Of a stretch of DNA of 64,000 nucleotides, positions 55,603 through 64,000 are shown in pieces; the first letter of the stretch is position 1, and every line of letters begins with the position of its first letter. Position numbers and translations under genes: made by a program. The notes beneath the pieces are model-generated. The model was not told where the DNA came from. It ran no database searches and was given only the letters and a program-made list of their open reading frames with translations. This DNA comes from Syntrophales bacterium (GTDB taxonomy: Bacteria > Desulfobacterota > Syntrophia > Syntrophales > PHBD01): positions 4,503,305 through 4,567,304 of the forward strand of contig OY764159.1 in assembly GCA_963668175.1 (NCBI GenBank), given 5' to 3'.

Positions 55603-57012
55603 ATGAGAATGAATCATATTATGACTATCGAGAAATTACTGAGAAGCACTGCTTATAAATTAGTCCTACTGAGGGACGGTCATCGTGACGTCATGAAATA
55701 TAAACGGGATTTCGCAACCTTTGCCCGCAAACCATTAGTGGACCTGAGGTCTTTTTCCTTTACTCACCTCAAGAAAATATTGATCCATGCTTGCGACAAC
55801 AGCCCATATTACCATTCCGTGTTTGCAGAATTCGGTTTTGATCCGCGAAAAATGAACGGCGTTGAGGATCTTCATAGGTTACCGTTTATCTCAAAAGACA
55901 TCATCGAAAATCACAAACAGGAAATGATAGCGAGAAATTATCCACGGGAGAACCTTGAGATCAGTCACACAGGAGGAACGACGGGAACACACGTTTCATT
56001 CTATCGCGACAATAATTGCACATCACTGCGGATGGGCCGCCAATTGGGAGTACTCGCCTTGTGTGGTTATGAACCCGGAGATAGGTGCGGTTTGATTTGG
56101 GGTTCGACAGACGACATGAAAGGTTATGGGGCCAAGCAAGACTTAAAAAAGCGATTCAGGAAGTTTGCCTCTTCCAAGGAAGAGTTGCCTTGCGCGATCT
56201 TGACCGAGGATAAAATGAGCGAATATTATCGGAGGCTAAGACAATACAAACCGGCAGTGATGTATGGATATCCCAATGCGATGTCCCATTTCGCAGGATT
56301 TATTCACGAGAATCATTTGGAGCCCATAAGAGTCGGAAAGATTTTTTGTACGGCGGAAAGATTGACCGATAGCCAGAGAGCGATGATGCAGGACATCTTC
56401 GGCGGTGAAGTCTATAACCTCTATTGCACTCGAGAACACGGATGTATCGGTTTTGAATGTACTCGTCATAATGGCTTTCACATAGACATTGGAAGTGTCC
56501 ATATCGAGATATTAGCAGACGGTAAGCCGGTCCCGATAGGCAACATTGGCGAAATTGTTATTACGGACCTCTGGAATTACGGAATGCCGTTTATTCGCAA
56601 TAGAATCAGTGATCTGGGAAGTATAAGCATGGAAAAATGTGATTGTGGATGCGAACTTCCATTATTGAGGAGTCTTGACGGAAGAGTGGCCGACACTATC
56701 TATCGCCCTGATGGAACGAAAGTGGATGCATTGTCTTTGGTCGATATGTTTTACGATTTAAAAGCCATCAAGGCTCAGCAAATAGTCCAGGAACGATTAG
56801 AGGGACTTGATTTCAATTTGATTGTAACCGACGGCTACAATAAAACAACTGAAGAAAAGGTCTTGGCCGAAATACGTGGACTAATGGGAGAAGAGTCAAA
56901 GATCAATATAAAACTCGTGAAAGAAATCCCTCGTAATCCGGTTTCCGGAAAATACCAGGAAGTTATCTGTAAGATTCAGTCTCCTAGGCACTCGAAAAAG
57001 GATGAAGGTTGA
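55603..57012 (+). CDS. Phenylacetate-CoA-ligase-like adenylate-forming enzyme (CapK-like)
   Basis: SPYY, LPFISK, TGGTTG, YGYPN, YCTRE, TDLWNYGMPFIR, GRVAD, SGK. Confidence 0.85.
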   Translation: MRMNHIMTIEKLLRSTAYKLVLLRDGHRDVMKYKRDFATFARKPLVDLRSFSFTHLKKILIHACDNSPYYHSVFAEFGFDPRKMNGVEDLHRLPFISKDIIENHKQEMIARNYPRENLEISHTGGTTGTHVSFYRDNNCTSLRMGRQLGVLALCGYEPGDRCGLIWGSTDDMKGYGAKQDLKKRFRKFASSKEELPCAILTEDKMSEYYRRLRQYKPAVMYGYPNAMSHFAGFIHENHLEPIRVGKIFCTAERLTDSQRAMMQDIFGGEVYNLYCTREHGCIGFECTRHNGFHIDIGSVHIEILADGKPVPIGNIGEIVITDLWNYGMPFIRNRISDLGSISMEKCDCGCELPLLRSLDGRVADTIYRPDGTKVDALSLVDMFYDLKAIKAQQIVQERLEGLDFNLIVTDGYNKTTEEKVLAEIRGLMGEESKINIKLVKEIPRNPVSGKYQEVICKIQSPRHSKKDEG

Positions 57013-57116
57013 TTTGTAACCAACGTTTGAGCGCCGATATAAATCATTGACCTGTCATAGGCGTAAGGTAATAGATTGCGACTCGTCAATTCCAATGTTG
57101 GACAGCTAACACGGCT

Positions 57117-58262
57117 ATGACAAAACCTCTTAACATTATCGCCGTTGGCGATGTCTCTTTTCGAGGGCCGAATGAAGAAACGCCTCAAGCGGATCTCTTT
57201 GATTCCGTATCACCGATTCTTAAGAACGCCGATTTGTCGATGGCCAACCTGGAATCGCCGCTCGTCGATAACGAACAACCTGTCCCCAATAAATGCACCT
57301 TACGCGGAACGGTTGGATGGGCGAGAATCATCAGGAATTCCGGAATTCATTTTGTATCCCTCGCCAATAATCACATGATGGATTATGGCGTAGCGGGCTT
57401 ACAAAGTACCATAGACGCTTGCGCGGAGGCAGGGCTTTACTTTGCCGGCGCGGGAGAAAACATCCGGGAAGCCTCCAGACCTGCCTATATAACCTGTAAC
57501 GGTATAAAAGTCGCCATTCTCTGCAGGACATCCGTGATTGTCGGATCGCCCAGTTATGCTGCGGACACTTTGCCCGGCGTGGCTTATCTCGACACGGATG
57601 AGACGATTAATGCTATTTCGAATTGCCGGAAAGAAGCGGACGTCGTCATCCTATCTATTCATTGGGGTGTCGAGCATTACGAATATCCGTCAAAACGGCA
57701 AAGAACATTAGCGAAGCAGTTCACCGAAGCTGGAGCGGACCTGATAATAGGACATCACCCCCATGTATTGCAGGGCATTGAAAGGTTAGATAAGGCTTTC
57801 GTTATCTACAGCATCGGTAATTTTACTTTCGACGAATTTGATTGGTCCTTTATAAATGAGGATGGCATATTGCAGGTTAGCAGGGACGAACTCCTCCCTG
57901 TTCACAGATTAGCCGGTATAGCCGAAATTAGATTTGCGGACGGTCATACGACGGATCTGGTTTTTCACCCATCAATTATAAATACTGGCGGGATTGTGCA
58001 GATTGATGACAGAACAGAAAGGAGAAGACGCATCGAGCAATTGTCCTCCACATTGACGTGGCCTAAGCTTCTATATTATCTATTCTGGATACTTTACTCT
58101 ATGAAGCAGGAGTGGATACTTCGTATCAATCCGCTGTTTGCAGGAAAATTTACGCTGGAGAAAATGAAAAAATTGCGTTTCGCTCATGTTAAGCAGTTCA
58201 TGAAGAAAATAATCCGGTCCGGCAGGATATCCTTAGGAAAAACGACAAGCCCTTATGACTGA
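57117..58262 (+). CDS. CapA/PgsA (PGA_cap) metallophosphoesterase-family protein 2
   Basis: VGDV, ANLESP, SLANNHMMDYG, SIHWGVE, IGHHPHVLQ, YSIGNF. Confidence 0.88.
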   Translation: MTKPLNIIAVGDVSFRGPNEETPQADLFDSVSPILKNADLSMANLESPLVDNEQPVPNKCTLRGTVGWARIIRNSGIHFVSLANNHMMDYGVAGLQSTIDACAEAGLYFAGAGENIREASRPAYITCNGIKVAILCRTSVIVGSPSYAADTLPGVAYLDTDETINAISNCRKEADVVILSIHWGVEHYEYPSKRQRTLAKQFTEAGADLIIGHHPHVLQGIERLDKAFVIYSIGNFTFDEFDWSFINEDGILQVSRDELLPVHRLAGIAEIRFADGHTTDLVFHPSIINTGGIVQIDDRTERRRRIEQLSSTLTWPKLLYYLFWILYSMKQEWILRINPLFAGKFTLEKMKKLRFAHVKQFMKKIIRSGRISLGKTTSPYD

Positions 58263-59298
58263 CAAGAATCATTCTGATATCGGAAGCAATGATATTTTCA
58301 TTTCGACTGTCAATTCGACCGATACCGATCAGATCCTAACATTCTATGAAGCCAATCTCGGAACCTGGAAGCAACTCGAAAGATTTTGGGGCTGGCGGCA
58401 GAACGAGAACCCCTATCGGCGCGAACTAAAGGGTGTGGCAGCAAGGGAGGACGGAAGAATCGTCGGATGCATGTCCGTGAATTCGGTTCTTTTAGTCGCC
58501 AATAACCGGCGGATCAATGCTGCCTGGCAGCAGGACTCCCTGATACTTAAATCCATGCGAGGCAGGGGACTGGGAAGAAAATTGATCCATGAGGCTAATA
58601 AAGGCTTTGAGTTGGCCCTTGCTAAGGGTACCAGCGAATCGATGTATGCCTTAAGGAAGTCCGACGGATATCATGACGCACCCCATGCCTATTATTTAAT
58701 CCGAGTCGAAAAACCGAGGCCATTGACGGAGAGATCATGGGAGAGAGTCACCGAATATGCCGTAGTATTGTGGCGGCTCCTTATGCTCCGTCCTCGAATT
58801 GATAAAGACATCGAAATTCGGGAGATCGATTCATTTGACCCTTCCTTTGACGAATTGGCGATATCACTTGCGAAAGAGAATGTTCTTCGTATTTTAAAAA
58901 ACCAGACTTATCTTAATTGGCGTTACATCCAATGTCCGGGGAAGAGATACAAGGTATTCAGAGCTGGGGAAGAAGAAGCCCGCGGCGCAATTGTAACGAA
59001 CATAATTGGCGGTAATGAAGGTTGGATTGTGGATTTGGTCGGTGAAAGTATCGATGTCCGATGCATTGACGCACTAATAGCAAAAGCCATCGACCATTTC
59101 CAACGAAACCGGGTCGCCAGAATATGGGTATTCGCGACGCTCCCGTCCGTAAGAAGACGGTTATTGCGGTTTGGTTTCCTGCCGACGCAAAGAACACCCA
59201 GGTTCACCTATTTTGAGGCCGGCGGCATCGACTTAATCCCGAACATTCACTTATGGGATTTCTGGCACGGTGACGGCGACATAGAACTTTATATGTGA
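58255..59298 (+). CDS. GNAT-family N-acyltransferase (tandem GNAT-like)
   Basis: MRGRGLG acyl-CoA-binding motif, YLNWRY...P, C-terminal GDGD. Confidence 0.75.
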   Translation: MTDKNHSDIGSNDIFISTVNSTDTDQILTFYEANLGTWKQLERFWGWRQNENPYRRELKGVAAREDGRIVGCMSVNSVLLVANNRRINAAWQQDSLILKSMRGRGLGRKLIHEANKGFELALAKGTSESMYALRKSDGYHDAPHAYYLIRVEKPRPLTERSWERVTEYAVVLWRLLMLRPRIDKDIEIREIDSFDPSFDELAISLAKENVLRILKNQTYLNWRYIQCPGKRYKVFRAGEEEARGAIVTNIIGGNEGWIVDLVGESIDVRCIDALIAKAIDHFQRNRVARIWVFATLPSVRRRLLRFGFLPTQRTPRFTYFEAGGIDLIPNIHLWDFWHGDGDIELYM

Positions 59299-59305
59299 AT
59301 GGCGG

Positions 59306-60436
59306 ATGACATCAGAAAACGCCAAAAAGATTAAAATTGTCTATTTAGTGGATTTCCTGCGGACCATTCAGGCCGGCACGGAGAAGCAGTTAAGTCATCT
59401 TCTTCATTATTTCCCATTGGCCGGTTTCGACGTTCATCTCGTTTCCCTGCAAGAAAGCCACTTTCTATTGAACAATGCCAGACATATTTTCCCGGCAGTT
59501 AAATTTACCACCCTCCACGCCAGTTCCGACATTTCCAGATCGTTACCATCTTTCCTGCGTTTGTTTCGACAGCTTAAAAATGAGAATCCTGATCTTGTCC
59601 ATACGTTCTTCCCCGCCGCCAACAGCTTAGGAATTCTTACGGCAAGGCTGGCAGGTATCAAGAATTTGATTTCCTCAAGAAGGGATATGGGATTCAATCT
59701 TAGCCCTACGGATATATTCCTGTTGAAGACGGCAAACAAGTTCGTTTCACGCGTCATAGTAAATGCCGATAAAGTCAAGGATTATACAATCAAGACCGAA
59801 GGCATTCAAAGCGACAGGATAAGTGTCGTCCGCAACGGCATTTCACTCAACGGCTATAATTCCCTATTCGAAAGAAATATAACCAATAAATTCGTCATAG
59901 GGATAGTAGCCAACCTCAATCGCCCCGTAAAGCGACTTGATATTTTCATAAAGGCAGCTTCAATAATCCATAAAGTTTATCCGCAGGCAGAGTTCTGGAT
60001 CATAGGCGACGGACCTTTGAGACCCAAGTTGGAGAAAATGGTTCATGAACTGTCTCTTGAATCGAAAGTCCGCTTCTGGGGAAGACAGCCCCTTGTAAGT
60101 ACTTACCTTTCGCAAATGACGGTTGGCGTTATTGCATCGGATTCAGAGGGCCTATCCAACGCCATTATGGAGTACATGTGTGCCGGATTGCCGGTTGTCG
60201 CGACCGACGTCGGAGGCAACCCGGAACTCGTACAACACGGCGTGACTGGCTTGCTGGTGCCACCAAATGATGCGTCGGCAATGGCGGAAGCCATAATGAA
60301 GCTGCTTTCCTCTTATGAAGAGAGAACGCGGATGGGCAAGAGAGGATTTGATGTTATGAAGAAAGATTTCTCCATAGAAAAAATGCTTCAGGAAACGTCT
60401 CGTGTTTATGAATCTTTATTGGGTATGGGATCATAA
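59306..60436 (+). CDS. Glycosyltransferase family 4
   Basis: AGTEKQ, NGI, VKRLD, IGDGP, SEGLSNAIMEYM, TDVGGNPE. Confidence 0.92.
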   Translation: MTSENAKKIKIVYLVDFLRTIQAGTEKQLSHLLHYFPLAGFDVHLVSLQESHFLLNNARHIFPAVKFTTLHASSDISRSLPSFLRLFRQLKNENPDLVHTFFPAANSLGILTARLAGIKNLISSRRDMGFNLSPTDIFLLKTANKFVSRVIVNADKVKDYTIKTEGIQSDRISVVRNGISLNGYNSLFERNITNKFVIGIVANLNRPVKRLDIFIKAASIIHKVYPQAEFWIIGDGPLRPKLEKMVHELSLESKVRFWGRQPLVSTYLSQMTVGVIASDSEGLSNAIMEYMCAGLPVVATDVGGNPELVQHGVTGLLVPPNDASAMAEAIMKLLSSYEERTRMGKRGFDVMKKDFSIEKMLQETSRVYESLLGMGS

Positions 60437-60446
60437 ACATTCGACG

Positions 60447-61442
60447 ATGCCCTTGCAGGACTTAAAATATTGGATAGCCCGGTATTCCGGAATTCCCGCG
60501 TTCATTAACATGCTCATGAAGAACCGGCCGCTGGTAGTGACTTATCATGGCATTTATGACGGTCCGCGGAACACGGGATCACTGCCCGCCACTTTCGTTC
60601 ACGTCAACGACATGATCGGCCAGTTGAATTTCATACGACGAAAATATTCTATCATTACCCCGGAGGACCTGCGGGAAGCCTTGGAAACACGAAAGACTCT
60701 GCCTCTACACTCGGCGCTTGTCACTTTTGACGACGGGTATGAAAGCTTTGCGCGTTTGGCGTTTCCGGTCCTCCGATCGATGGGGATAACGCCCATCGTC
60801 TTCACCGCTACTGAATACGTCGAAGAAGCAAAGCCCTTTTGGTTCGATTCAGCCTGGCTTTCTTTCCACCATATCGACGCAGACCGATTACAGCACATAT
60901 TAAAGGATTTTCATTCGGAGTGTGGAGATAACGTCATAACCGATGCAATGTCTTTACTCGGTACATTGAAAAGACTCAAACCGGCAGTGCGACAGAGGGT
61001 CGTTTCCGCGCTTGCATCAGCATGCGGCCCGGGAATGGAAGAAAAATCGAGAATATTCTATTCCATGAATGCCGGCCAGATTCGGAATATGTCAAAGGAA
61101 GGTGTGATATTTGGGGGGCATACACACACCCACACCGTCCTGACGGCCTTATCGAAGGATGAAGCAGAAGGTGAAATTTATCTCAACAAAGAAAAGATTG
61201 AAGACCTGACCCAGAAACCTTGTGCATTTTTCGCTTATCCCAACGGCGGCAAGATGGATTTCAATCACTTTCACAAAGATATGCTTCTATCGGCAGGTTA
61301 CAGAGGTGCATTTTCTCTTACCCATGAACGCTCTTCTTTCCAAGACGACCCGATGGAAATATCGCGCATTCATGTTGCCCCTGAGGATACAATAAAGTCT
61401 TTAGATTTTCGTTTCTCCGGTATTTATACTCTAATTCATTAA
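60447..61442 (+). CDS. Polysaccharide deacetylase (NodB/CE4)
   Basis: TYHG, VTFDDGY, GGHTHTH, FAYPNG; start placed at ATG 60447. Confidence 0.9.
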   Translation: MPLQDLKYWIARYSGIPAFINMLMKNRPLVVTYHGIYDGPRNTGSLPATFVHVNDMIGQLNFIRRKYSIITPEDLREALETRKTLPLHSALVTFDDGYESFARLAFPVLRSMGITPIVFTATEYVEEAKPFWFDSAWLSFHHIDADRLQHILKDFHSECGDNVITDAMSLLGTLKRLKPAVRQRVVSALASACGPGMEEKSRIFYSMNAGQIRNMSKEGVIFGGHTHTHTVLTALSKDEAEGEIYLNKEKIEDLTQKPCAFFAYPNGGKMDFNHFHKDMLLSAGYRGAFSLTHERSSFQDDPMEISRIHVAPEDTIKSLDFRFSGIYTLIH

Positions 61443-61454
61443 GTCATCAATATA

Positions 61455-62396
61455 ATGAATAATACTGTAGCGGTAACCATAGCGATTCTGACATATAATC
61501 GTTCAGAGATATTAGACAATCTCCTTAAATCGTTGTCTAGTATTACGTATAAGCCACTGGAAGTCATCGTCGTTGACAATCATTCACAGGACGAAACCGA
61601 AAGAATTGTACGGCATGGCTATCCCGAATACATCTATATCAAAATGGATAAGAATATAGGTGCAGCAGCTCGTAATCGCGGGATAGAGAGGACTGCGGGT
61701 CAAATAATCATTTGCCTTGATGACGATGTTTTTGGCATCGACGATCAAAATATATGTCGATTGATTAGCATTTTCGAATCAGATCCGACAATAGGCGCCA
61801 TTAACTTCAAAGTAATGGACTATTATTCCGGAGAACTCTGCAATTGGGTCCATCACCGAATCAGTTCTGATTATCATGATAAAACATTTGACACCTATGA
61901 GATAACTGAAGGAGCCGTCGCTTTCCGAAAATCGGCATTGAATGTTGTTGGTATCTATCCGGAATATTTTTTTTTGAGCCACGAGGGTCCGGACTTGGCC
62001 TTTAGACTTATGGATAATGGATACAAGGTAATTTATTCTGGAGATATTGTTGTTCGTCATAGCCACTCTCACTTAGGCAGAAAAACATGGACGAATTATT
62101 ATTATGATACCAGGAATGCGCTCTGGTTCGCGGTGAGGAATCTACCTTTAGGTTATATGACGCGATATTTGATTAAGAGCTATTTCTCGACTTTTGTATA
62201 TGCCGTTCGTGACGGCTTTTTAAAGTACTGGTTAAAGGCAATCTTGGATGGGATTAGAGGGTTGTCCTTCGTATACAGAGACCGAAAACCTATTCGCCAA
62301 GATACCATGAGAATCATTGATGATATTGATCGTATGCGACCACCTCTTTCATATTTAATCAGGCAAAGATTGTTTAGCAGAGATATGAGGCTATAG
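61455..62396 (+). CDS. Glycosyltransferase family 2
   Basis: ILTYNR, VVDNHSQD, AARNRG, LDDD, YYDTRN. Confidence 0.9.
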   Translation: MNNTVAVTIAILTYNRSEILDNLLKSLSSITYKPLEVIVVDNHSQDETERIVRHGYPEYIYIKMDKNIGAAARNRGIERTAGQIIICLDDDVFGIDDQNICRLISIFESDPTIGAINFKVMDYYSGELCNWVHHRISSDYHDKTFDTYEITEGAVAFRKSALNVVGIYPEYFFLSHEGPDLAFRLMDNGYKVIYSGDIVVRHSHSHLGRKTWTNYYYDTRNALWFAVRNLPLGYMTRYLIKSYFSTFVYAVRDGFLKYWLKAILDGIRGLSFVYRDRKPIRQDTMRIIDDIDRMRPPLSYLIRQRLFSRDMRL

Positions 62397-62402
62397 TTCA
62401 TC

Positions 62403-64000
62403 ATGTGCGGTATTTGCGGTATATTTAGAAAAGACGGCAGGCCTGCTGAAGCGGATCTCATAGAAAAAATGTGCCGTGTAATGGAGCATCGAGGCCCCGA
62501 CGACGAGGGGATATTCACGAAGGGGCCTATTGGGATCGGCATGCGCCGCCTGAAAATAATCGACCTGGCAACAGGTCATCAACCGATGCACAACGAAGAT
62601 GAAACGGTTTGGGTTGTTTTTAACGGCGAAATATACAATTACAGGGAACTCATACCATTACTCGAAAAAAAGGGACACCGTTTTTACACCAAAAGCGATA
62701 CGGAGGTTCTCGTTCATTTATATGAAGAATATGGCGACGGCGGACTCAGCCTTCTGAACGGTATGTTTGGTTATGCAATCTTCGATACCCGAACGAACAG
62801 CCTGTTTATAGCGCGCGACAGACTCGGCATCAAGCAAATATATTACTACGAGGACGAGAACATCTTTATTTTCGGTTCCGAGATTAAAACCGTTCTGGCT
62901 TATCCGGACATACAAAGGGATATTAATTATCCAGCGTTAAGCGACTTTTTTTCTCTCCAATACATCCCCGCACCCCATACGATATTTAACTCCATCAAGA
63001 AGCTTCCTCCAGCCTATAGCCTGACAATAAGCGATTCGAATAATAAATCGGAAACCAAACGCTATTGGATGCTTTCTTATGAGACGCCTTACATCACGGG
63101 CGAGGACGCGATTGAATCCACAAACGATGTTCTGCAAACGGCGGTTCAATCGCAGATGGTCAGCGATGTGCCCCTCGGCGCCTATCTGAGCGGCGGCATC
63201 GATTCCAGCTTGCTTGTCGCGATGATGGCGAAAGTTTCGAGCAGGCCCGTAGAGACTTTTTCCATTATCTGGGATCAAGGCAGTGGGACTTTCGATGAGC
63301 GGAAATATTCGCGTTTCATTGCCGAGAAATACCGGACGAATCACCATGAATTTCTTGTCAAGCCGGAAATAGAAGAAGTAATGGACGATATCATTCGTGC
63401 CTTCGACGAGCCGTTTGCGGACGATTCAGCCATACCCAATTACTATATTGCCCGCGAAACAAGGAAACATGTCACGGTTGCATTGTCCGGACTCGGCGGC
63501 GACGAAATGTCCGCTGGTTATGAGCGATATCTTGGACTGAAATTGCTTCATTACTATCATGCCATCCCGGAAGGGATTCGAGATGGAATCATATCCAAAG
63601 CTATCCAGAGTCTACCCGACTTTCAATTCATGGGGCTATGGGCTGAGAGGCTCAAGCGATTTTCCAGGGTATCCAATCTGCCTTTTGTGGAAAGCTACTT
63701 CAAGATATCCTCCAAGCTTGACAAAGATGAAAAGCAGATGCTCTTCACCCCCGCAGCTTTACGAAAAATGGGGCCGGACTACGATTCCGTCCATCATTTT
63801 CGTTATTATAATGAGCTGTGCAATTCCCACAACGAATTGGATCGCATGCTCTTTATCGATGCACATACCTACATGGTAGATCAACTTCTCGTTCTGTCCG
63901 ATCGCATGAGTATGGCCCACTCCCTGGAACTCCGAGTCCCTTACCTGGATCATACCCTTGTCGAGCTTTTCGCGAGGATCGATCCGGCCATGAAACTTCA
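62403..64000 (+). CDS. asnB: Asparagine synthase (glutamine-hydrolysing) family amidotransferase, 3' truncated by window
   Basis: Absent from the ORF track because there is no stop in the window. Read directly: ATG 62403 MCGICG, HRGPD, RRLKIID, GHQPM, FNGEIYN, SDTEV, RDRLGIK, LSGGIDS, DEPFAD, LSGLGGDE, DRMSMAHSLELRVPYLD. Confidence 0.93.
   Translation, partial: MCGICGIFRKDGRPAEADLIEKMCRVMEHRGPDDEGIFTKGPIGIGMRRLKIIDLATGHQPMHNEDETVWVVFNGEIYNYRELIPLLEKKGHRFYTKSDTEVLVHLYEEYGDGGLSLLNGMFGYAIFDTRTNSLFIARDRLGIKQIYYYEDENIFIFGSEIKTVLAYPDIQRDINYPALSDFFSLQYIPAPHTIFNSIKKLPPAYSLTISDSNNKSETKRYWMLSYETPYITGEDAIESTNDVLQTAVQSQMVSDVPLGAYLSGGIDSSLLVAMMAKVSSRPVETFSIIWDQGSGTFDERKYSRFIAEKYRTNHHEFLVKPEIEEVMDDIIRAFDEPFADDSAIPNYYIARETRKHVTVALSGLGGDEMSAGYERYLGLKLLHYYHAIPEGIRDGIISKAIQSLPDFQFMGLWAERLKRFSRVSNLPFVESYFKISSKLDKDEKQMLFTPAALRKMGPDYDSVHHFRYYNELCNSHNELDRMLFIDAHTYMVDQLLVLSDRMSMAHSLELRVPYLDHTLVELFARIDPAMKL

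Noticed and set aside
49806..58262. Poly-gamma-glutamate capsule operon
   Set aside because: CapA-family genes only; no CapB or CapC in the window.
54282..59298. Ectoine biosynthesis operon
   Set aside because: No ectC, and the nearby GNAT (347 aa) does not resemble the short EctA.
1..64000. CRISPR arrays, rRNA, sigma54 promoters, recoded (Sec/Pyl) stop codons, frameshifted pseudogenes
   Set aside because: By eye, I saw no repeat-spacer periodicity, no rRNA-like sequence and no correctly spaced TGGCAC-N5-TTGC in intergenic regions, and the recognised proteins appear full length. A computational scan could still find weak cases.

Overview
Bacterial chromosomal DNA. Gene content and order suggest Desulfobacterota (Deltaproteobacteria), possibly Syntrophales; this is an inference and no search was run. 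The left part (1-24.4 kb) is visibly GC-richer and mostly housekeeping. It holds a UbiE/MenG tail, a trypsin-like protease with a TPR tail, a thioesterase / DAK2-DegV / GT2 lipid module, a two-gene SufC/SufBD Fe-S system, a SPOR-NlpC/P60 lipoprotein, an orphan gcvPA, rfaE1-DUF4416-yicC-gmk-rpoZ-pyrF-rlmB-pilC and tRNA-Pro(CGG). It continues with DUF1178, a cysteine synthase::cysteinyl-tRNA synthetase fusion with non-canonical active-site motifs coupled to AmmeMemoRadiSam B and A genes, gap-tpiA-secG, tRNA-Leu(GAG) and DUF47-PiT. The right part (about 24.9 kb to the end) is an AT-richer exosortase/PEP-CTERM-associated Wzx/Wzy-type exopolysaccharide locus of more than 39 kb that runs off the window. 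It carries an unusually large set of predicted amide/amino-acid tailoring enzymes: stand-alone ectB, ATP-grasp ligase, FemAB-like transferase, CapK-like adenylating enzyme, GNAT, two AsnB homologues (one lacking Cys1), two CapA-family proteins and an alpha/alpha-barrel protein. The two best candidates for an undescribed system are the degenerate CysM-CysRS fusion operon and a putative diaminobutyrate/amino-acid decoration pathway for the exopolysaccharide. No CRISPR array, rRNA, integrase or transposase was seen. All family assignments come from motif recognition by eye.
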